Of a stretch of DNA of 40,397 nt, positions 11,478-23,200 are shown in pieces. The DNA lies in NCBI GenBank assembly GCA_002633005.1, contig NMRA01000041.1, positions 518,311-558,707 on the forward strand. Reading direction: 5' to 3'. The notes under the pieces were generated by a model. That model was not told the DNA's origin. It did not search any database and saw only the letters and a list, made by a program, of their open reading frames with translations. This stretch comes from Phoronis australis (Eukaryota; Animalia; Phoronida). The position numbers and the translations under genes were made by a program. Numbering within the stretch: the stretch's first letter is position 1; every line of letters starts with the position of its first letter.

Positions 11478-12839
11478 TACACAAGTCAAAGACATTAAAT
11501 TGTTGGGTCAAAGCCGTTATAAACTGTCATCTGTTGTCAAAAAGATTCAGACATTTTTGCCCTTCCAAAGCAATGCCGTCACATTTTGATTCTTTGTTCG
11601 AGTTGAAATTTGTTACTGCAGTAAACAGTGTAAATTTCCATTGACCATTGTAATGCTTTGTTGAGTGTACTGGCAGTGACAATGAGATGGGCTTGGTCTG
11701 AAGCCTTGAGTTAAGTACACGATGATAGTTTTGTTATTGTAACAGTAGCTGACGTAAATCAAACGTCTATTTGACAAAGGGCGCTAGTTTATTGACCCTG
11801 AAACACAGTAAGGGGACAAATTATGATCAACAACTTTAATTGTTCAATACAATGAATAGGCTATACTCTTACAAGCAGTAGTTCTTTTCTCATCTGCCAC
11901 TGTTGTTTCTCACGAATGGTATTCTTTTTCCCTGTATAATTATTCTGCAAGACATCTTTGACTTGCTCCACGGTTAGAGGACTTCATAGGCAAACTCAAG
12001 ATAAACATAATGAAATTTAGACACAAATTTGTACAAATTATTTAAAATCCTACAGCAAATCATACATTGGAGGTTGGCATTGGGTTACTCTGTCATGAGA
12101 GATTTTTACACAAAACTTAAAGGCAGTGAGGACTAGTCTTGTGTCATCTGAATAATTTTGTGAATTTGCATTTGCATTAATATGAGTGAATACTGTTGTT
12201 GTGGTTCATGAGAAAAGAACACTATTTGTAAGGAATTGCCATTGCAGTCTGTTCAAAGCAGGTGATAGCAGTAAGAACAGAATTTTGGTTGATGAGAAAG
12301 GTACAACAGCTGGTATGAAAGAAAATTGAGTTAATCAGTACGAGACGTGCAGACCGTGGTGGAAGGTCTGTCCTGGACAACAGTCAATAATCAACAAGAA
12401 TTGGTCAATTAAAGAAACCAGCCTATTGATTTCAAACAGTCCCCAGAGTAAATGTCAAACCTCCAACATAACGAATGCATAACATGAGATCACTTGTCGT
12501 GTGCCAATCTTACAAGACAACTATTAAAAGCGATATTCTGGTTAAAATTACACACTTTTGGTAATTTTTATTCATTGGAATCCAGACTAGACGCCAATAA
12601 AAGTGATAACCATAGCCACAGTTAATGGCCAGCCTCAAAACAGGAATCTTAAGAATTGGACACTGGTCTTATATTGCCTCATCAACAAGTGTATACCCTT
12701 TGAATATTCAAATATATTTAACCGCATGACAGTAGACTCCATGGTAATACTAGCACCAACAGCAATTATATACTGTTAATAACTGACAATGTAATTAACA
12801 AAAACAGCATGGTGTTTTCGATCAATGCGGCAGATTTTG

Positions 12840-13125
12840 AGGTACGTAAACCCGTCGAGTTACCCAATCTCGACCGGTGACAGTGTCAACGTAGGATTCT
12901 TTTCATATTGCTTCTCATCACATCATGATGTGAAACTCCTTGCACAATCTGTCTACGTTCATACTCCAAACCACATAACTTGAAAGACTACAAGAAGAAG
13001 ACTCCAGTTACCCTCAAAATAAAGGGACATTACCAGCGAGAAAACTAATTTTCTGAGATTGGCCACAGCGGGGAATCGGACCTGCAACCCCCACACTCTA
13101 AGGCTCAACTGGCCAAGCTAAATCT
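12840..13125 (-). mobile_element. tRNA-derived SINE (degenerate)
   Basis: Minus strand begins tagcttggccagttg...ggggttgcaggtccgattccccgctgtggcc (A-box and B-box-like); 3' boundary approximate. Confidence 0.4.
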
Positions 13126-13793
13126 CACTTGATCAATGGCAGAATATTTTTAGCGTTTTTAACAGATAAAGACACCACTGTTGACTTCTCACCAAATGTC
13201 TGGCAGACATCAACAAGAACTGGCAATTTGTAATAAGATCATAAAAACAACATATTTTGTTGTTTTATAGCTCTGATCAAAGCTAATAACTTCAAGAAGT
13301 CTGTTACGCCAAACAATAATTCCAAAATGGATTTTTGAATGTAAAACTAATAATGTTTCTTAACAGTCAAAATAAAAAATGACATTTTTACCAAAAGTAG
13401 TGGTGTGCCTACCATTGTTTAGTAATTGAACAAATGGATTCGATCGTGTTTTTGTGGACATTAAGCAAGAATATACCTGACTGTGAAGTCATAATGAATA
13501 CTTTGAAAAAACGTGTGATACTCACCACTGATGACAATATTAACTTCAAACTTTTGTAATTGTTGACTAGAATCTTAACTTCAAATTTGCATGATATATA
13601 CATATCGCCAGATACCCTCGTCAATTACCATAACTCATAAATAATACTCTCCTCTTTTGAAATACGATCTTCACATTCCTGACACAACCACACTATGAAC
13701 CAACCAGAGGTCATTAAGTGCTCTTGCACCAAGTTTCTCATGTCCTCAGTTGGTTTTATTGCTGTATGCAAGTTCTGTGAGACATAACAACTC

Positions 13794-14259
13794 CTACAGT
13801 TCTGTACGACTGGCAACCTTCCTCTCACCAAGAGTGCTAATTTGCTTCTTGTAACGTTCAACAAGTGTTGTCAAAACTCTTAAGTCAATCTTATCATCCG
13901 TCGTTGATTGTAACGTCCTCAGAACTTCCTGACCATTATGTAATTGCACAAACTTCCTGTCCACTTTTCTACGCAGCATTGACAAATAAAGCTGTAAGCT
14001 GCTGCGCCAATCATCACTGGCAGTCACCTTTAATTGACGTTTGACTTGAGCAATTCTAGTTTTAGTCTGTACAATGTCTTGCCTGAGTCTGTAAATGTGC
14101 TGCCGAACAGTCGCCAGACTGTGCGTGATGCATGACCCGGAGCAGGTCATGACCCCTGCTTGACCCTTGACTGAGGAGGAAGCATATTGAAGGATAAAGC
14201 GCACTAGGTGAGGTAGTGTCTTGGGCCTCTCGGCTGGAAATGGCACACTGTTCACTTTA
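13794..14259 (-). CDS. TXNDC11: TXNDC11 exon 13 (coiled coil, ends RTEL*)
   Basis: ttgcag|TAAAGTG; KVNSVPFPAERPKTLPHLVRFIL...VASRTEL then TAG. Confidence 0.92.
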
Positions 14260-17200
14260 CTGCAATACACAAATACCTGTCTTACATATGTAATAACAAA
14301 CATGAGTCAGCCTGTTTATACAAAGAACTAGGGAAACTCCACTATGCTTGGGTATGTAGTCACACTGCATATCCACTAGTAATTTACTTACTGTCCTGCA
14401 GGGTGCAGCACAATACTTGGGTAGGTAGCAACTGAATTCACTACTAAATGGTTTATTTACTGTCCTGCAGGGTGCAGCACCGTTATACTTGTTTATGTAG
14501 TCACAGGGTATATCTACTAGTGGTTTACTTACTGACCTGCAGGGTGCAGCACTGTTATACTTGTTTATGTAGTCACAGAGTATATCTACTAGCGGTTTAC
14601 TTACTGTCCTGCAGGGTACAGCACTATAGTTGGGTATGTAGTCACAGTGTATATCTACTAGTGGTTTACTTACTGTCCTGCAGGGTACAGCACTATAGTT
14701 GGGTATGTAGTCACAGTGTATATCCACGGCAGATCATTCACATCACCATTGACTCTGAAATAGTAAAACAAGTGGCCCCGCCCCATAACGTAACTTTATG
14801 CCAAATTTCATCATAAAGCGCTTTTTGACATTAAACAACAGAAAAACAAAGACAATAAAAGGCAGTTAGACAGATGTACAATATAGTCAAAATGGCTTGA
14901 CAGAATTTTATACACCTCTGATAAATTTTGTGATACATAAAACTCAAAAATCGATTGTCAGAATATCTTGTTAACCATGTAAGTGGCCATCCAAAACTTA
15001 ACCTAATAACAGTGCATCCTCACCATATACCTTTGCACCCAGTTACTTCAAAATCTGCTTTTTTGACCAGCGGACATTGCATATGTAGCTTGATATGACA
15101 GTTGAATCCTTCAGAACTCAACTGGTGTTAACACAACACTACCGTATACCTTCACCTCAGGCTTCACCAAAATCGGTCTAGCCACTTTGACAATTGACCG
15201 ACAGTAGCTTGTTTTTGGATATTAATTACGAAAAATATAATGCAAAATAATGGCAATATCTTATCAAAAACTAAAATGGCCAACAGGGGGATCTGGTAGT
15301 CCGTGCCCTCTGAAAATCGAATGGTGCTGACAAATTCCAGTCTCCAGGTCGTAAATGTCAAACAGCAATGTAAAATACTGGGAATATTATTATCATTAGG
15401 GAGTATTATTTTTATTATCATTATTATTATTACAAGATCAAAAGTAGCAGTAGTGCATAGCAGCGAGCTTAACATACCTTGTGAAAGTAATGTTACGTAT
15501 GTCTCTAAAGTAGTGAGCAAGCGTCTGATAAATGTGATTGAAACCTTTGCAGAAGCCACACCAGGGGGCAGTGTGAAGAACAACCACATCCTACAACATA
15601 TGAAAAACGCATTGTTACATGACAACACTGACGCTGCAAAAAATACGTTGTCATCAAAGAAAAACTAAGATGGCAAATTATGTATTCACAATTCCTGTGT
15701 GCTGATTGACTGGAATTACAAGCTTGATTGACAAGTCATAACAATCTATTAAAATTTACATTTAGTTTTTAAGATACGTTACTTCTGATTGGAAAAACGA
15801 TATAACACCACAATAAGCCAAACTTTTTCAGTAATTCTTTGTAAGATCTGAATTTTCTTCCCATTTTATTCAATCATATTTGTCATAACTAGACGACACT
15901 TTTGTGAAAATCGAGCAGATTTTTAGAAACCCTGTACGTGGCTGTAATGTCCTACCGCCTTATTATCCAGCACCACCTGTAGGAATGTCTGAGAAGTGAG
16001 CTCCATGATAAGCTGACCAGGCAGTGGAGCAGGTGAAGAGATTAAATGTCTCTTCAGACGGCCCTCTGTGAAACCGGTCAAAAACTTCCCTGTAACCAAT
16101 ACATAAGAGATTACAAGCGCATAAGCAGCCGGTACAGGCAAATTTACCAGGTCGACAATTTCGACCTAAAAAAATCCAAGAAAAGTTTTAAATTTTCACT
16201 AATTTGTATTTTACAATAAAGTTATCTAGAGGAGAAGGTGCCTATTTCACTGTTAAGAAGAATCCAAAATCAATCTTTGATGAGTTTGATTGGCAGCATG
16301 TTGGGGTTCACGTAATAATGTATTTTCTAAATAAATAAAACACACAGGAGAAATTACAACCAGTTACGTGACGTTAAAGAAAGTCCATCGTATTGCTGAG
16401 AGCAGGAAATATACATTTTTGTTAATGACAGTAAAAGGTCTATTTGATTTTCAATTTTACCCAGCTAAAGAGGACAAAATGTAGCTTCAACTTTCATTCT
16501 AAATAGTTGCGTAGCCACCAAGGAACTAAAAAATACAGCCATACAAAAAAATCACATTCCATCACGAAGCAAGAATGTAACTGGATACCTCCATTTAGTA
16601 TCACACTAAAGGGCAATAAATACACTTGTTAAATTTCACAAAGGTCCCGTAACAGGTTTAGAAGATAGTCACAGCTGAAAAAAATGCCAATAGGAGGCAC
16701 TATAAGTAGTTCACAGATCTGAAAATCAATGACAGTCATGCTCGTGTCAGGGAGAACACATCTGCCTATTTTCATGATGATAGCAAATTCGGAGACTGAC
16801 GAAAAAATTAGACTCGAAACTAATAGAAATGACCACTAGGTGGCGGCAACTCAGTCCAATATGGAAAGGCGAAAAAATCTACCATAATTAACGCTGCTGT
16901 AAATAAAACACGAATAGTTAAATATAACTTACTAATTTGTTTGCTCGATAATTTGCCAGGCATCACATGGTGGACGTCATTGTCTATATCCACTAAGACA
17001 GCCTCCGCACTGCTGTTCATACCTAAACGTTTCCCAAATATTGCGTGATGTCGGGAATCCATGGCATAGAAGTGAACAGTACGGTTATTACATCCCAATC
17101 CCCACATAGCCTCATCATTGTGTTTCAAATGTCTAGGCACACTGTACTTCTCTGACCCGCTTAATGTGAACCGTTGGCACCTTCTCTGCAACACCCTGAG

Positions 17201-20200
17201 TTTATTATTGGCTAGAATGTACGGGTCACGTGACGGACGACGAGGAGCAGAGTTACCCTCTATCGTGTAATGGTTGAAAGACTTTGAACTGTGGTCACTA
17301 TGGCAACAGATACTGGTGTGGTGATTGGCATAATAGTTGCTGGTGACTGCCTCACATCCAAAAAAGTTCTTCTTCAGAAGGTTCATCATGTGAGGACTCA
17401 GGTAGGACATGTCATGATTGTCCGTACAGAGGTGCCCTCTATGGAGGGACACGGGTATGTGCTGGCAGATATCACAGTAATTAAGTTGACTAAAGCCTAG
17501 ATATGTCGAATTGACACAATGACAGCATTTGCGTTTGAAGTAACGTTGGTGCTGACTGTTGATGGTAGGGGGCGCCTGCTTCAAATTGCTGCATACAGTC
17601 GCCATGGCTGCATTGATTCTACCCAACTGTTGACGAAGGAGGCGGCTACCCATTATCAGTTCTTCTATTTTTGGAGACTTATAACAACTACTGTACACCA
17701 GAGCTTCTTCCCTTAGCTACAACAAACAAACAAGTCTTTATGAAATGAAAACAAAAATGTTTCAGATCATGAAAAATATTAAAATTCCACATACACGGAA
17801 AAATATGTAAGTATATGTGACTTGACAGCATTCAAGCTACTTACCAAGGCAAGTTTGTCATTAGGATAGATCCAGCTGGGAGTGAAGAAAATGAGAGCAG
17901 GACCTTTTCTCAAGTGAAGTGACAATTGCAGACTTTTGACTCTCTTGGGCACGATCCATTGAACAACAGGCTGAAGAAACATAATGAACAGAAAACGTAT
18001 TTTAAGTAAATTATGATTTAGAGTCCCAGTCACATACTATAATGATACTGAAATAACTTGTCAACTAATCAACCAAAATGTTTTTGGAAGTACACCTAGC
18101 AATTTTGAACACAAGTAGCTAGCTTCTTTACAGAAACAAGAGCAACTGTAAACAGTATCTCCCTAGGGTTGTCCATGAGCTTCATTAATCAATTTGTCCA
18201 CAGGGGGAGCTGCAATAGTCAGAATTGACAAAAGAAGTGTCGACACTGCGATTCTCTAAACTAACGTCAAAACAAATAAATTTCAACACTGAGACACGTA
18301 AATGCATCCAAACATTGCCAGGTGTAGTCCACTTTTCACAGAACAATCATGTAATCTGACAAATACAAATGTAGACACAAAAATCATACCAGGGGCTACA
18401 CCACTATTGCAATCAGCTCAAACCTGAAGCGTGTTCAATAAGGCGGCGCTCGTTTCTGAACAAGTTCTAACGATCACTCTCCATAGGTTGTTTGCTTAGA
18501 AATCCAAGATGGCATACGACATGTTCGTAAAGTTTCAAGGCGATTACCTTTAGCAACGACAATGATTGTAAACAATATAATGGGAAGTATAAGAACTATC
18601 CACGGCAAGACTGTTGGCGGTAATTATCATTAATTTGCAGTAGTGTTTCCAAACCCCCCCCCCCCCGAAACTTGGCTGGTGTTGATGCACTGCCTTCATC
18701 TTTCTCGGACTCGAGTTTCATTGAATGAGTTCTATGGATTTACCTAAAAATGCTCTTCCTATAGATAATACTAAGTGGCCCTTTGCAGAGACCAAAATCC
18801 CACCAGGGGGTGCTGTTGAGGTTAAATCCGGCCAACAACTGACTGGTGCCAACACAATACTACAGCATATTTCTGTGTCAAGATTCATTAAGTGCGTCCA
18901 CTTTTTCTCTAGATATTATCCAGAAACTCTCTTCCCCTCAAAAATATTGAGAAAGTCCTGCACCCCACTTGGATCAGATGTATGGAGCAGATTGAAAAGT
19001 GGCATGTAACGCCCGGTGATGTCCNTCTATTTTTGGAGACTTATAACAACTACTGTACACCAGAGCTTCTTCCCTTAGCTACAACAAACAAACAGGATTT
19101 TATGAAATGAAAACAAAAATGTTTCAGATCATGAAAAATATTAAAATTCCACATACACGAAAAAATATGTAAGTATATGTGACTTGACAGCATTCAAGCT
19201 ACTTACCAAGGCCAGTTTGTCATTAGGATAGATCCAGCTGGGAGTGAAGAAAATGAGAGCAGGACCTTTTCTCAAGTGAAGTGACAATTGCAGACTTTTG
19301 ACTCTCTTGGGCACGATCCATTGAACAACAGGCTGAAGAAGCATAATGAACAGAAAACGTGTTTTAAGTAAATTATGATTTAGAGTCCCAGTCACATACT
19401 ATAATGATACTAAAATAACTTGTCAACTAATCAACCAAAATGTTTTTGGAAGTACACCTAGCAATTTTGAACACAAGTAGCTAGTTTATTTACAGAAACA
19501 ATAGCAATTACTGTAAACAGTATGTTCCTAGGGTTGTCCATGAGCTTCATAAATCAATTTGTCCAAAAGGGAGCTGCAATAGTCAAAATTGACAAAAGAA
19601 GTGTTGACATTGCCCTTCTATAACCAAGTGTCAAAACAAATAAATTTCAACACTGAGAGTCAGTAAATGCATCCAAACATTGCCAGGTGTAGTCCACTTT
19701 TCACAGAACAATCATGTAATCTGACAAATATAAATGCAGACACAAAAATCATACCAGGAGCTACACCACTATTGCAATCGGCTCAAAACTGAAGCGTGTT
19801 CAATAAGGTGGCGCTCGTTTCTGAACAAGTTCTAACGATCACTCTCCATAGGTAGTTTGCTTAGAAATCCAAGATGGCATGCGACATGTTCGTAAAGTTT
19901 CGAGGCAATTACCTTTAGCATTGAAAAGGATTGTAAACAATATAATGGGAAGTATAAGAACTATCCACGGCAAGACTGTTGGCGGTAATTATCATTAACT
20001 TGCAGTAGTGAATTCCTTCCCCCCTCCCCCCCCCCCCTCCTCTNCCTTCATCTTTCTCGGACTCGAGTTTCATTGAATGAGTTCTCTGGATATTACCTAG
20101 AAATGCTCTTCCTACAGATAATACTAAGTAGCCGTTTGCTGAGACCAAAATCCCACCAGGGCGTGCTGTTGAGGTTAAATCCGACCAATAACTGGCTGGT

Positions 20201-23200
20201 GCCAACACAATACTACAGCATATTTCTGTGTCAAGATTCATTAAGTGCGTCCACTTTTTCTCTAGATATTATCCAGAAACTCTCTTCCCCTCAAAAATAT
20301 TGAGAAAGTCCAGCACCCCACTTGGATCAGATGCATGGAGCAGATTGAAAAGTGGCATGTAACGCCCGGTGATGTCCAACATTCTTTTGCCAAATTTCGT
20401 CATATAATTAATCTAACCAAGGTTTTTTGAGATGTCCAGAAGACAATCGGACATCCAGACGCCTGGACAGGAAGGCAACAGTAAGCAGCACCACATGTCC
20501 ATTTGTGCCAAACAAAAAAGTCAAAATTGCTTTTTATGTAAAAATAAAAGTCACAACTAAGAAAAGTTATATCATGCAAAGTTTCACAAACATTGCTCGA
20601 CATGACAAAACAACTGGTTACAACATTTACTCAATAATGTTTTATAAAATAGTAAATAACAGTAATATCAAAAGAAATTTCAAATTACGAGTTAATGCAC
20701 AGAAACCCAAGGCATTTACCACTTGCTTGTATTTCTTTATCCACAGTTGAATATTTGATGAGGTGAAATTTGAGGCCCTAGGAAATGTCTGTAAGTAAGA
20801 GAATTGGAATGGAGATAATATCAACAGATAAAGCAGTGAAAATGACCATAAGCGAATTACAGTACAGACAGTCAGACAGGCAGACAGACACAACAAATCT
20901 ATAGTTACAAGTTTTCAAAAAAGTTGATGAAATCTCATCTCATCCAAAATCGGTGGAATATAGGAACAAAACGGTTGAAATGCTTCTCTTGTGATAAACA
21001 AATATTTGTCTTCGGATTTTGTGAAAATTGTCTACTGTCTTTTATTTTCTTTCTCCGTTGTTCAACAGGTGATTGACAAGTGTTAGTGCACTCAGTCCTT
21101 ACATACTACAATGCGAGGCTCAACACAAAAATAAAGGGATATGTATCGTCTGCCTTACTGTGACATTGTCACATTTTGTTTGAAAAACACCTTTAGGATA
21201 GCATAAAATCATCCCCAGGATAGCATAAAATCGTCCCCAGACGATTTCTAAAACATTCAGACCAATCGAGCAAGCAAGGTTCACAGGGATTATTCATCCA
21301 ATGAAGGCAGATGTTACCACCCACTGAGACTGTTTAATACAACAATAACTTCATTAAACAAGAGGCCACCAGCCCACAGTACCATATACAAATTGTATAC
21401 ATGCGTAGTCACGGAAATTCAATATTTCGCTTCAGGGTCCAGTTGCATAAAAGTTATATGCCCTATAGCAACAACGACGTCGCATTTTCAAGCGTCACGG
21501 TCTTATTGTTGAACAATAAACCTGACATCATGCAACAATCAAACTTATCCAGCGAATAATTTTGAAGTTTTATGCAACCCAGCCCTGATGATTGTTGCCC
21601 TTTGCATATTCGCTGTAATGTTTTTAAAGACAGTGTTTATTGCTGTCGAATCAAGAGAGACCACGATCTGTATCGTGAAAAGAGACTTACGACTTAAGAC
21701 TGAAATTTGGTCTTACGCTCCACACAACTATTTGTGAAAAGTAACGAAATCTCACTTGAGAAAAGGTGAAAAGTCTCTGAGAGTAAACGTTTAAATGCTA
21801 GTTACCAAGACAATTTCTACAATTAATTATTTCTAGACTGTGATGAGCCAACAATAAGTTGGCTAGACCTTTTTCCACAACCGTAAAGTGGGAGAGAAAG
21901 ACCAAATTTCTGTCCTAAGTCTAAAGTCACTTTTCATAAAATAGACCCCCGATATCAATGATTCTAACGTGGCAACGTGATATGGACTTATTAAATCTAC
22001 CAGGACTGGACAACCTAACATGAAATCTGCTTCTGTCTCAATCTCTTACGACTTGCAAATGCCACAAATTCTTTCACTTTGAGGAATATCATCTCTTCTG
22101 CCACTTTCTATTTCTAATAGATGAGTTGACCATCTAATGTTTGCTGCATCAGATCTCTACAAAAATACTTTTCACAAGACAGCTACCAATTAACTCCTCT
22201 GCAAACTTCGCACGTATTTGTATTTTCTACTACAGAAAACAAACTCTGAAAGCTAGCATCTCTCGACCTTTGCTGAAGCTATTTTCATTAAAAAAGAAGA
22301 GATACTCTCTTTCTGTGTCTGGCTGTTTACTTACTACACTGTCATTTGTAGCCCGCACTAAAATGGCCGACTCTTGACCCAAAACATTCATGCCAATTCT
22401 ATCTGCAAGATGGGGACTGGGCACAACACCAAACTTGACGGGCTGATGTGGAGCTGTAAGAGAAAGAGTGACACATCTAGTGATCACTGAGGCTACCTTA
22501 CAGGGGAAGTGAGACACACCTAGTAAACAGTAAGGTTACCTTACAGGGAAAGTGAGAAATATCTAGCCAGTGAGCACTGAGGTTACCTTACAGGGGAACG
22601 TGAGACACATCTAGTGAACACTGAGGTTACCTTACAGGGGAAAGTGAGACACATCTAGCGAAAAGTAGGCTACATTACAAGGAAAATGAGACATATCTAA
22701 TGAACACCGAGGATACCATAAAGATGAAAATGAGACATCTCTGGTGAACCATTGCCAAGATTTAACCCAAGATCAATCACAGCACCTGTTCAGCATGCAA
22801 CTGCTGATCGGCTTATCTCGCACACATTAAAAATATTCACAAAAATGATTGTGTTCACTCTCTCGACAATGCTTATTTCCACAATTAATGTAAACTAAGG
22901 CCACTCCTGACTGGTTTTAGTTATTATATTAGTTTTATTTACCCGAGTGTGTGACACGACCAGTGATTGATAACAACAGAATATTTTTAGTACATTTCAT
23001 CATAATCAGTTTCTGAAAGTTTTAGAGCCTAGAACATATTTGTTGAATGATTGGTTAGATTCTAGAAAGTTCTAGAATGTGCTTGAATTGGTGCAAAGTT
23101 CCAGAACATTGCAAGAGAATATAAATAGACAGGCTGCTAGTGACAATTATTTACATACCTTGACAGAGCTGCCTGAGGGCTGCATAGTAGAACTGCAGGT

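Larger units (their letters stand above)
17664..20377. repeat. 1.36-kb tandem duplication (17664-19024 / 19026-20377) joined by a single N
   Basis: Offset 1362 at the left edge; copies differ by scattered SNPs and indels; includes exon 8 and the first 53 nt of exon 9. Confidence 0.95.

Noticed and set aside
14257-14816. Repetitive Cys-rich ORFs (156 aa minus, 122 aa plus)
   Set aside because: Out-of-frame or antisense readings of the exon-12 echo array; they stay open because the periods are multiples of 3.
15164-15668. 154-aa and 121-aa ORFs
   Set aside because: Wrong-frame or antisense shadows of TXNDC11 exon 11; the true frame encodes WCGFC.
18725-19009. 94-aa ORF inside the duplicated segment
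   Set aside because: The frame is not preserved in the second copy; the sequence looks like intronic interspersed repeat.
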